The position numbers and the translations under genes are program-made. A stretch of DNA of 63,944 bases, filler included. It is 10 parts of 10 records of this genome, joined end to end, with 100 filler letters (N's around TTAATTAATTAA, not from the genome) between each part and the next. Parts side by side here need not be neighbours in the genome. Positions count along the whole stretch, not along the records: positions 49,298 to 55,499 come from SRR15195285_1278; positions 55,600 to 60,704 come from SRR15195285_1279; 8 more parts are not named here. One strand, 5' to 3'. Below, one piece after another: positions 49,383 to 60,804 of the stretch. The notes beneath the pieces were generated by a model, which did not search any database, had not been told where the DNA came from, and saw only the letters and a program-made list of their open reading frames with translations. Numbering within the stretch: position 1 is the stretch's first letter; the number at the start of each line of letters is the position of its first letter.

Positions 49383-52300
49383 TCATTTCTCGAAGCGAAT
49401 CGCCACGTCATCCACTATGGCGGCAACATTCGCAAACGGCACACTGCGCCTGAAGTGAGTGCGCGCCTGGATCGTGAGTTCGCCGCCGCCGGTCTCGAGA
49501 AGCCAGCCTCCTGGTCCTTGATGGCCGAGGTATCGCGAGGCAAACACTGCTAAGCTCGATCGCGTCCTGACCGTGAGTAGCTTCGATGGTTGCAACCGCC
49601 ACATCCATCGATGCAAATGGACATGAAGTGCTGGTAAGGTTAGTCAGATGAGAAGGTGACACAACACGATATTGGCTCTCTCATTCCAGTCCGACTTTCA
49701 TTCATAGTCGCGTCGTATCGGCTCGTCGAAGCTTACCGGTATGCCGAGAAATCCAGCCGAGCAGTCGGCGTCGTCGACCCTAGACCCGAAAGCGAATCGA
49801 TGGCACCAGCACTTCTCACAGCCTTCCGGATGCTTCGTTTAGCGTTCCCTGCCTGCAATGCTGCCAGCCGGGACGGATTCGTTCCTGAGAATGCAGGTAG
49901 GGGCTCGCCTGAGCGCAATTTCCGCACGCCAAACTGCACCCAGCCCTCCAGAAACTCGTTGTTCCCTAAAATCTGACTACCCGCGGAAGTATTTGGAGTA
50001 AACCCTAGCCGATCTCGCGATAATGGGGTGGTGATTCCTGGAGTAGGTCCGCGCGACGGCGTTCGTCCATCGGTTTCTTCAGAAGGAAGAGGGCCAAGCA
50101 GAGGGTGGACACTGAGCTGTTTGCTGCGATTGGACGGCAGCAGGTTTTGGAACGGATCATTCGCGCTGTCCAAACGTTTTTGCTCACCGGTTGGAGTGCG
50201 CTGACTATGTACCATCCCTATGCGTGACGTTGGCGCATCATCAGTCTCGGGGGGTAGTTCTACATCTGTGATTGTAACACCGCCTCGACCAGTCGTGGAA
50301 ACCGTGTACTTCTGGCCGTCCAACTCAACCATGATGTTATCACCCTGTGATCCCAGCACGCCACAAACTTCACCTGTCCACTCACCACCAGTGATCTTGA
50401 CATGCTTCTTCGCACGCTCCGCTGCTAATTTTCGCCCACGCTCCGCTCGTTCCGTCTCCATCTTCTCCTGCTCAACTCTGCGAATATTGTCTTCATTCAA
50501 TTTGCGCTGGCGTTCTAACGTCAGCTGGTATCGGCTGCCACGTTCCTCCGGGTATCGTTCGAAGATCATCTTCTCATATGAAGCCGAGATATACTCGTTC
50601 GACGGAGAGGAGCAAATTAAGCGGTTGGGCCTATGCTCTAGGTCAGGAATGCCACGACGCCAGCCATCTACGAACACACCGAGCTTCTTTCCATCCCTCA
50701 GCAGCTCGGGCTTGTGCTGCGGTACAGAACATATCAACGGTGTGATTCATAGAAGTACATTGGCCAACGGATGCTGCACAGGTTAGCAATGAAATGTGGG
50801 TGTCCTGCTTAGGTAAAGTGGTTGCACGCACGGATGATCTCCAGGACTTCTTTGCGCGCTGCTGATGTTCCTCTTCAGCCTTTTCCGACTGCCGCTTACG
50901 ATCTGCCGCTGTCAACCCGTCAGCGAGCGAGCTATTTCTGGACGGAGAAAACAAGAATCGCATCGTTTGTGCAAATGCTGCGTCGAGACATTTTTCTCCT
51001 GCTAGTTTTGCTGCATCTTCAGCCACGATCCGATCTTGTTCCTCACTGTGCTTACGTTCTCGGTGCTTGCGCGCCTCCATCAGAGCATTCTCTGGGACAA
51101 TCTTTGACCGTGTGGCCTCATCAATCACTTGCTGTGCCTGCTGCAGCAACAAGTACATCGGCTCCCGCCGCCTTCTCCAGCCGTGCTTACCCATCGCCTC
51201 AGTTTCCTGAGCAAGCTCATCCATCTGATTCACCAGCGTTGCAACCTGTGTCTGTAGCTGTTTGAGTGCGCGCGCTTCTGCGTTCTTCGCTGCTTTGATC
51301 CGTACCTGCGTCTCGGCTACCACTTCTTGCTTGCACAAATTGTTGGCCTGGTATCGATCAAGCACGGCCTGCATCTCACTGGCGAGCACGCACGTGTCGA
51401 GCTCTTTGCGGTGTGTCTCCACAACAGCTTCTGCTCCTTCTTCGGTGGCCTTAGAGAACAATGCCCACCCAGCTGTCCCTCGCAGAGAGTCCTCATTCTT
51501 GTCTGCAACGGTATGAATCTCCGCGACTAGGTTGTTCATGCCCGCTAGCAAATTGCTTGCCCTCCTCATCTGCTCGGCAAACGCCCGATTTGCCGCTTGA
51601 AGTTCATCCTCTGCAGACATCGTCTGTCGTCTACGGCGTCGGCGATCGACCATTGTCCGCGCTTTCCGACTGCGTGTAAGTGCCTGCAGCGTCACCACCT
51701 GATTTCGCATCTCAGCACTTTCTTTACGTACCCGCCTGCCGCGTGTGGCAGCCTGCAGACGAATCGCAGCCGCCTCTGACCCAAGTGACGTGCGTGACTC
51801 AGCCTGCGTCTTAGCATCTACAGCCCATAGAGGCGTGTTCGTGCCTCCTGCTAGAAATACGAGCGAGTCATCTTCTGACTTGACTGCCGCCAGCAGCACC
51901 TCATCACGGGTCTCTGCAGCAGATGGTGGTTTCCTCCGTACCACCTCGGCAGTCCGTGCGCTGCCAATCCACTTCTGCCACACGGGTGTAGTCGTGGTAC
52001 CGCCTGACTCCTGCTGCGCGTCGCTGACCACCTCGACCCAGCGCTCCGTCGTTTCGTACGACACTCGTTTGCGTAGCTCTTTACCTGCTGCCTCGTGGTG
52101 TGGCTCCAGTTTCGTCACTTGCCGATACAGCACCACGTGACGCTGGAACCGCAGATCGGCTTCGGAGAGCAAAGAGCTCACGTCTCCCGGGGTGTACAGG
52201 ACTGTCCGAATGTCATAGCCTCCGCCGTGTGCATACTGGTCCTGCAAGAGGTGCACTGTCTGAGCGGCACGCTCTACTCGCACACTCACCTCATTTTCTT

Positions 52301-55300
52301 TCTTGTCATCGGTAGTGTTGTGCCAGCCTACTTGCACCTGCACTTTGCCCGCATACGCACCTGTCTTTGGATGGTGCAGGTCACACCACACAACGCCTGA
52401 GTTCCAGTGCCTAGGTCTGTCCTTTATCATCATCACACTGGAACCTATCTCTAGCAGGTGCAGTCCGATGAGGGTATCACCTGCTGGGTCGTCATTCCAC
52501 AGCTCAATTCCGAGCGATGGCGGTGCATCTGCCAAATGAAACTGCACAGTTTCGCCCATTACTTGGTTCCATTTCTCGGCGACGCCACAACCAACTCCCC
52601 ACTTAGGCTGAGAACCACCTCGTGTCACAGTCGACGTCTTACGATCCATAGTATGACGCCGGAAAGTAATCTCATCGAAGCCCTCTGCTCGAAAGCGCAC
52701 ATAAGGGCTATTGCTGCCGACAGTGTTGAGGTCTGTCCACAGAGCAGTTTTGCGCAGATTGACGGCCTCGAACACGGTCGCGTCCAGCTGCCAGGGCTGA
52801 CCTGCCCCTGCTGCAATCGCATGTGACCACCGAAAAGTCAGCCGAATCTTGCCGCCAGTCTCCTTTCGTCGACCATACTGTCTCCGTGCTATATCCCAGC
52901 CCCTCCCTACGAACTTTCCAAGCGAAAACCAGCCGTTATAGACACTGTCCTCTTCTTCCTTGAGGCAGATACCACGAGGATCATCAAGGCTAACGTCCAC
53001 AGTGCCTAGCAAAGTCTCCTGCTGGGCACCATTCTCGTGTGTTCTCCGACTGCAGACATGGATACGCGCTTTTGTCGGAAGCACCGTCCCAGATGCAATC
53101 GCCTTCAGTGTGCCTTGCACTTTGAGTTCCGCCTCCATTGACTCATCGTCTCTGCCCGAAAGCCGTGCGAGTGTGTCCATCATCGCCGAAGCCTCAAAGC
53201 GAGAAAACAAGTCGGTGGTGGCCCCTGTGACGTCCTTCATCCGCTGCTGCGTTAGCCACCATTGTGTAAACTCCTCCTCGTCAATCGTGCCTCCACAGTC
53301 ATCGTCGATGTGCCGGAACACGTTTTCAGCTGTGTCGCCATCAATTTCAACACCCATGGCTAGCATTGCGCTCTTAAATTCACCTATGTCAAGGTTTCCC
53401 GAGCCGTCCTCGTCTATCGAACGGAAGACCTTCTTAATTTTGGTGGCTGTGTTGGCAGTTTGACGATGACACTCTGCAATCTCTTCTTGGACCCACCGGG
53501 CAATGGCCCATTTTCTACTGGCTGGGCTCGAGCCCACTGCAAGTTGCAAGTTGCACAGACATAAGAGGATAGAAACAAGAGGAAATGAGCAGCCGTTTGC
53601 GGATGAGAAGAGCTGGACATCTAGATTCCGTACCAGGAGTGACGCCCTTTTGTTGCACGTCAATGAACGCCACCGTTTGCCCTGCTCCATGACGCCACAC
53701 AGGGTGGCCAGACGAGTGTTTGACTGCATCCGTCTCTCGCGACTCTCCCGCGCACATCACTTTGACATACACTTCTTCATCGTCACGATGATCGAGCCCA
53801 CTGCACTCCAGAACAGACACGAAGAATGCACGTTGCTGGGCTTCCCCAGCCGTTTCGACCTCGAGAATTTGAGAGATCTTGTTTTTAATCAACAAGCCTT
53901 TCATGCTCTCTCGTAGCCTCGCTTCCACTGCAGTTGTTTTCAAGGCACCACTGCCAGCTTCCAGCTCGAACATTTCCACTACCTTGTCGACATCATCCTG
54001 GCCCTCGCCCTCTGTTGTTTTTTTCATTTCCGTCTTCAACTTGCTCAACATCTGGGCTGTCGAAAGTGCGCTCAACTCGGCCCTCAGAGAGCTCACCAGC
54101 ACGTGCTCCTCTTCTTCTTCCTCTTCGACCTCAACAGGTTGCCACATCATCCGCACCAGCAGTGTGCCTGCCGGCTCGCCATCCCCATCTGTAAGCTCCA
54201 CCCACTCGTCCGCTGTCCAAGTGTCAAAACCCAAGTTGCGTTCCGCGTTCCACCGCGCAAGCATGTGCCCGACGTCGCATGCGCCTCGCGCGATCAGCAC
54301 GTGTTTCGATGCATCATCCAGATCTCTCGCGGCGTCCAAAAGCTCGACAGCGAGAGTTGGTGGCGGCTGTGGCAGCTCAAACGGGGCAACGAAAAGCACG
54401 TTGTCGCCATCTGGGCCCCAATCGACCTCCGTATCACCTTCGCTCGTCGTACTCCGCCGGCTGTAGAGGGGCACATCAAAACCTTCCACAAAAAATGCTG
54501 CGTACGCTGCAAAGGATTCGTGCGTGTCGTCCGATGTTCCCTCTCCCGCTGGCTGCGTCTCTGCACCCTCTGTTTTAAGGTCGGGCCCAGCCTCTGCCTT
54601 GAGCGCTGTTCCTGTTGGTCTGGGCAGGTCAGAGGCGTGCACCACCGTGGTGTGCAGATAGAACTGTCGCCGACTCGGGCGGAACGTCGTGCCTTTGTAC
54701 TGAGTCCTGTCGCCATCCCGACCTAGGTTGTTTCCCCAGCGTACAAATAAGCGCAGCTCGCCGCCGTTCCGCCCAACGGGTGTCCGAAGCGTATACCAGC
54801 CGACTGTGCTCCAGTCCGTGCTGCTGCTCAGCTCCTCGAGCAAGATCTCACAAGCGCCCAGTGTCTCTTCCTCACCAGTCAAGATCTCGGCGCGCAGAGA
54901 GCGAGGAGGCGGCAGGAGCGTCTCGCGGTGCTCCTCGTGCGGCACGAAGGTGAGTGACTCACCCGCGAGTTTGTACCACATCGCCGCAGCCGCGCCACAG
55001 TTCCCCACAGCTGCTGCGCTCGTGCGGCGCTGTGCTTCGGCATGCACCCACCCCTCCGCACCCTCCACATCCATGGCGACGCTCACAGTCTCGGCCCCAG
55101 TGCTTGCAAGGGGCTCCCCTTCGCTGCGCAAGCCACGAACTTGCAGCGCAGTGACGAGCAGCGAGCGCTGCCCAGCTTTCAGCGGACCGTTCCGATACGC
55201 CATGCTGGACACAAATCCCTGTCTGTGTCACCCTCCCGCTCAAATCACTGCGGGAACTCTCCCATGTACAATTCACTGCAGTGCTCCCCGTCACTCTCCT

Positions 55301-55499
55301 GCTGTGTCGTATGTGACGCAACGGCCTCGTCAGCTCTGCCAGTGGACCGTCACGCTCTCACGCACGCCCGTTGGTCTCCGACCCCTGGTCAGCACGCTTC
55401 CAGAGGGGACGGCTCCTCGACGATCTTCCTGAAAAGTCCCATACGCAGAAACCTCAGACTCAGGAGACGGTGCGGGGAGGGGGGGAAGGGGGGGGGGGG
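49383..55499 (-). CDS. Multi-C2-domain protein with EF-hand pair, two IQ motifs and coiled coil, multi-exon, 5'-truncated
   Basis: C2-like strands (TVFEAVNLRKT..SPYVRF..PKW; VSVLECSGL..VYVKV..PVW; TVVHASDLP); EF-hands DEDGSGNLDIGEF and DDDCGGTIDEEEF; IQ motifs LQAATRGRRVRK and LQALTRSRKAR. The 3' end below 49736 is uncertain. Confidence 0.7.
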
Positions 55500-55599
55500 N
55501 NNNNNNNNNNNNNNNNNNNNNNNNNNNNNNNNNNNNNNNNNNNTTAATTAATTAANNNNNNNNNNNNNNNNNNNNNNNNNNNNNNNNNNNNNNNNNNNN
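55500..55599. other. Artificial contig spacer
   Basis: 44 N + TTAATTAATTAA + 44 N. Confidence 0.99.
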
Positions 55600-55987
55600 G
55601 GCCGTTTCGCGCCGGTCGAACTTGGGACAGAAACGCAATCGACACCCCTATAAACATTCATCATTATGTCCCCGAATAATTGCAGACCTCAGCACCGCGC
55701 GAGCACGAGAAATCGTATCACTGCTATCAGTGAGTGCTAGCAGTACAGCGCTGTACGCGGAAGGCGCGCATGTTTATCTTCTTTGAAGATGCATGGCCAT
55801 GCACGCGCGCGAGTCGCGCGGCAGTCGCGGCGAGGCAGAGTCTTCTATTGAGAATCTCGCGCGCGCTTGCCAGTCGGTCGGCGCTCGTGTTGTTGTGGTT
55901 GTTGTTGTGCGGCGGTGGGTGGGGGGCGGGAGCGATAAAAGGCCACAGGGAGGGAGAGAGGCACGAGGCAGGCGTGGGCTCGGAGGG

Positions 55988-58815
55988 ATGGGAGTCCTCT
56001 CAGTCTCACTGGTGGGTGGGCTGCTCGGGCTGCTTGTGACGCCCCTTGGTGGGGTCGCGGGGCAGTGGGCGAGCTTGGGCGGCATCGACACGGTCATGTG
56101 CAGCGGCTGGTCGCTGCGCCTCGACGAGATGAACACTGTGTGCTGCGCGGAGGAGCCCGGCGGCGTCTGTGCGAGTGGCTTTCCGACGACCTGCAGCCCG
56201 GCGTGCGCGGCTGTCTTCGGCGACTTCAACGACGACTGCGAGGGAATGTTCTCGTACCTGGGCATGACGTCCAACCCGCAGTACATGGAGTTCGCGGGCA
56301 AGTGCGAGGACGGCCACGAGCCCTCCGGGCTCTCGAACAGCATGGGCGGCTCGGCGGTCGTGCAGTTTGAGCTCGACACGGACGACGTCGAAGGCGACCT
56401 GCCCGAGGGCGCGGTGATCTACATCTGTGGCACATTCAACTCGTGGTGCACGTACAACGAAGGGATAGACCGCAGCCCTGAGGACGCGGCTCCGATCGTG
56501 ATGACCCGCGGCCAGGGGTACGCCGACAACCGCGACTGGTTCGCACAGGTCAATCTCGACCCGGGCACGTACGCCTACAAGTACCAGATTGTTCCAGACA
56601 CCGCCCATCCGCGGGATCATACTTGGGAGGATGTGCCCGAGGAGTGCGGCGTGGCGTGGGATCGCGGTTTCGACCGCGTGCTCACCGTCACCTCTTCAGT
56701 CACCTCGCAGTTCGGATTCGGCAGCGGCGTTACGATCTTTGACATCTTCTCCGACTGTGGCGACGGTCCGACCGATTGCGAGCTGGAGCTCACGCACGAG
56801 CCAGCGCTCGACGCTACGTTTCTCGGCACTGCCGACGAGCGCACTGGTGACCACGAGATGACCCTGGCGGGGGACGCACACGTCGAGGCAGACGGCGTGC
56901 ACTTCGACGGTGACGGCGATTACGTTAGCTTTCCCACATTTGATTACTACGATGCAAAGCCTGGCAGGCAGGAAGGTGATTTCGGCTCTGACTCGCCGTC
57001 CTTCTCCATCTCGATGTGGGTAAATACTGACGTGTGCGACCCTGAGGACCCGACCCCCAGCACGTTCGGATACGTGTATTCGCACAATCAAGACTCCTCC
57101 TCGCACCCCCTTGCTGCCGACAACTCCAACATCAACATCTACCAGGGATGCCAGAACAACGGTTTCATGCGCTTCGTGTTCGTTGGAGAGAGTGGCTTCG
57201 CGAGCTACGACGTGCCTTTCACCATGCTCGAGGCAGGTGGGCACACCGAGGATGTGACGTTCACCCAGTTTGGGTTCACCTTCAGCGGCAACTCCATCAC
57301 CGTGTACGTCAACGGGCTCCAACTAATGTCTGACTTCCAACTCGCACCCGGTGCTGCAGCTGTAGCGATGGGCAGCGTGGCCGGCCCGGCCTGGACGAAC
57401 GCGGCCGTGACCAACGGCCAGGTCAACTTGATCAACTTGAACAATGGTGCTGGCATCGGGAGGTTCCGTCTCGCGGGCGATATTTTCGTGGGTGGCCGAG
57501 CAGACGAGAACGAAGACCGATTTTACACTGGGGCGGTCGCTGGCCTGCAGATATTCACTGACGGCGCGAGCGCTGCGGACTTCCAGTGTATTTACAACCA
57601 CCAGGAGCAGTTGGTACTTGGGACGACTGCGCATACGTGCACCTTTCACTCTGAGGGCTATCGCTGGATCGATCCGACTACTGACCCCAACGCCGAACGC
57701 TTGAGCGAAGTGTGTGGAGATGACGGACAGTGCACTTTCAGCTCCGGTGCAACGGGTGAGCTGCGTGGCCCATCCGCTGACGACGGCTACTTCTATATTG
57801 ACTTGTCACCGCTTGGCATGTCCTTTCCGTTCATGGGGAGGGCGGAGCACGAACTCTACATTTCTGCCAATGGTTACCTTTCATTTTCCGGCGCACAGAC
57901 GGGCGACTCTGGACAAGCATCAAATCCTGAGACAACTGTTATCCCATCCGCTGGATCAAAGCCAGACGATGCGATCTTCGCTTACTGGACAGACCTGGAC
58001 TTTTCAAAAGGTGGTGACATATACATTTCACCTGGTGCAGCGCCTGAGGCGGGCACAACAATCACCTGGTTGGATGCGCCATATTACTGCCACGGCGAAG
58101 GTGATGGGGAGTGGTCGTCAGATCCTGACTATGGACCTAGCTGGCACACTGGCACAAACTGCATAGGAAAAACAGCGTCATTCCAGGTGCGTGATCTCAA
58201 CTTCTTGCGACTACTGCGTGCGCGCGCCCCCCTTGCATGAACACACTGATGGGACCCATACATGTACGTTCTGAACGATCTCTCGCGGCATTCCAGGTGA
58301 CTCTCTTTGGGGACGGCCGGATTAAAATTCAATATAAAGACATCGATACGTATGCATCACCGGCGTGGGCGCCCGTCTCGATCGGCCTGGAGAGCTACGA
58401 TGGATTTGACGGGATTCAGGTAGCTTATGATGACCACAACTGGCCGCGGTCTGGAACCGCCATTGGCTTCTCGGCTTCCTGTGCTACAGCAGGTGAAAAT
58501 GATTGTGGTGTCGATGACCTTGCCCGAGCACAAGTCTCCTGCGCCAGTTTCGACTTGGACCGGCCAGACTGCGTCCCTGGCGCGTACGGGATCCCAGTGG
58601 ATCCGAGCTGCACTCAGGCATTCTGCGATCATGCATGCTTTCACGAGATGTACAACTTCAATCAGGACTGCATCTCGAACCCACGCACGACGCTTGACCC
58701 GGACGACATCTCCACTTTCGATCAACTGGCTCCGCCATCCCTTATCCAGGCTTGCCCTGCGCCAGATACTGGCACTGCGCTACCGCCGCCGCCACCGACA
58801 GGTGGTGGGCACTAA
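55988..58815 (+). CDS. Secreted protein with CBM48/E-set-like, LamG/concanavalin-like and NIDO-like domains
   Basis: Signal peptide MGVLSVSLVGGLLGLL; YICGTFNSW...LDPGTYAYKY; FDGDGDYV..FSISMWV..TVYVNG; FPFMG..LYISANGYLSF..IFAYWTDL..FQVTL. One intron, 58187-58296. Confidence 0.7.
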
Positions 58816-58908
58816 TGCGGAGCCAAAATCCTACAGCATTCGCTGAGCTCTGAATGCATCAGTTTCATGACCGAGAAGAGTTCCACACAACGTGTTGGGA
58901 TTGTTTTT

Positions 58909-60690
58909 CTACAACCTTGTCCCACGGCGGCGGCGCAGGACCCACGCAAGCGCCGCAGCCAGTACCACCAGCATTCCGACATGTACAGTCTCTGTCCGTC
59001 TACGCGCCACAGCCCAGCGTGGTCTCGGTGCGGGGGGCGTGCTGTGTCGCCACATGGTTGGCGCGCCTCGGTTGTGAGCGCTCAACCAGTGTTGCATCCT
59101 GGTCACAACGTCTCGCGACTTCTCGGCGTGCTCTCCTTGCGTAAACATGATGATATGCCCCATGCCGTCGTATTGGACAATCTCTTTGTCTATCGTTGCA
59201 GCTCGCTGATACAGCTCTCGCACAGCGGTGGGGCTGCAAGTCGGATCCTCCTGCCCTCCCATCAGCAGCACAGGGCACTGCAATTTCTCCAGCTCGCCGT
59301 AGATGCGCTGTGTTGTTCGCAGGATTGACAGCGCCGTGCCAAAGCGCAGGCCGCCTTGATAGCGCAAAAGATCGTACTGTTGACGTTCCCATACGCTGCA
59401 TTCTTCCAGTGCCTTTTCATTGTCGTTGTGGTCACCTCCACTCCGCTCAACAGCTCCCCCTGCCGGCGGCGCTGGCAGCTGAAATCCTTGCTCGCTGTAC
59501 TCAGGAGTCGATCGAGCTTGAGGCAGACCATTCCTTGCTGCGCGGGCAGGGACACTGAGAGCGCGAGCTGTTGTTGCGATCCGACGCGAGTGTTGCGCCC
59601 CTTGACCTCGCCGCCCACCTCCTGGCATAAACCTGCGAGGCACAAGTCGCGCAACTGCTGTGTACAGTGCCGTAAGGACCGGGCCCGGCTGCATGCCGGG
59701 CTGCAGCTTGCACATCGGTGCGACCAGTATGCAGCCTGTGACTGCGAGGCGCTGGGCGACGAGAAAACCCAGCCCACCACCCATACTCTCCCCCCAGATA
59801 AATAAGCGAGCGCGTGGCTGTGCCTTTGTAGCAATACGCGCCGTGGCGAATAGTACGGCATCATCGACCAGGTCGTCAAAGCGTGGTAGGAAGCAGCGCG
59901 CCCCGGCCCTGTCGATTCCCATGATTGAACTCAGTGCAAATGGGATAGCCAGGGTCATCTACCATGCGCTGAGTGTAAACTCGATGGGGAAGGCCGCCTA
60001 CCTGTCATCTGAGCGGCCGAGACTCTCGTGATCAAAGCCGTGCACGTCGTAGCCCATCCTCGCCAAGGTGAGCATCTGCTTCCCATCATTCCAACAGCGC
60101 AGCGAGTGAATCTGACTGAGAACACACTCGCCGCGTCTGGTCTTGCCAATGAAGGGAGGACCATTGGTGCAGCATCACCTGTTCCGCATGGTATGGCGAG
60201 TTGCAGTGATCGCCGAAGCCCTGCAGGAAAAGAATGGAGGCCGCTGCTGGGCGTTCGCTCGGGTGTAGCAGGTGCTTGCCGTAGAGCACAGTGCCCCTGC
60301 ACGACACAAAGCCCTCCTCCACCTGCCACACCAATCGGGTGGTTGTCGACATTGGGCCATCAGGGCAGCGTTGCTATGGACAGTGTGTACACCAGGTGGC
60401 CCCAGTGGGTGGGCAGCATTGCTGCGGTAGCGGCGGTGGCTTAGGTACAAGTGTAGGTAGGGTGTTTGTACTAGCATAGCATAGCGAGCATAGTGTTGCA
60501 TTGGCGGTACCAGCGTGAAGGAGTCGGTTGGTTTGGCCGAGGCCGCCCTGCAGCGGTGAAGGAACTGCTCGTAGGTGGCTGACCACTCAGAGCCGACGGG
60601 CACGCTCGCTGCCTCAGACCCTGCTGCCGCCATAGGACCCGCCAATGTAGCCATTGCGCCGAGTCGCAACGTCGCCGGCGGTGCCGCCAT
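58909..60690 (-). CDS. Alpha/beta hydrolase, monoacylglycerol lipase/Hydrolase_4-like, multi-exon, with C-terminal hydrophobic anchor
   Basis: ILFLQGFGDH, nucleophile WGESMGG, ILVAPMC, PVLLMGGQED, YDGMGH; C-terminal VGMLVVLAAALAWVLRRRR. Confidence 0.85.
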
Positions 60691-60704
60691 CCGCAGTGCG
60701 CATG

Positions 60705-60804
60705 NNNNNNNNNNNNNNNNNNNNNNNNNNNNNNNNNNNNNNNNNNNNTTAATTAATTAANNNNNNNNNNNNNNNNNNNNNNNNNNNNNNNNNNNNNNNN
60801 NNNN
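60705..60804. other. Artificial contig spacer
   Basis: 44 N + TTAATTAATTAA + 44 N. Confidence 0.99.

Noticed and set aside
8485-60804. Regularly recurring TTAATTAATTAA flanked by N runs as a biological repeat or CRISPR-like array
   Set aside because: It is an identical 100-nt artificial linker with stops in all six frames. ORFs running into X residues are artefacts.
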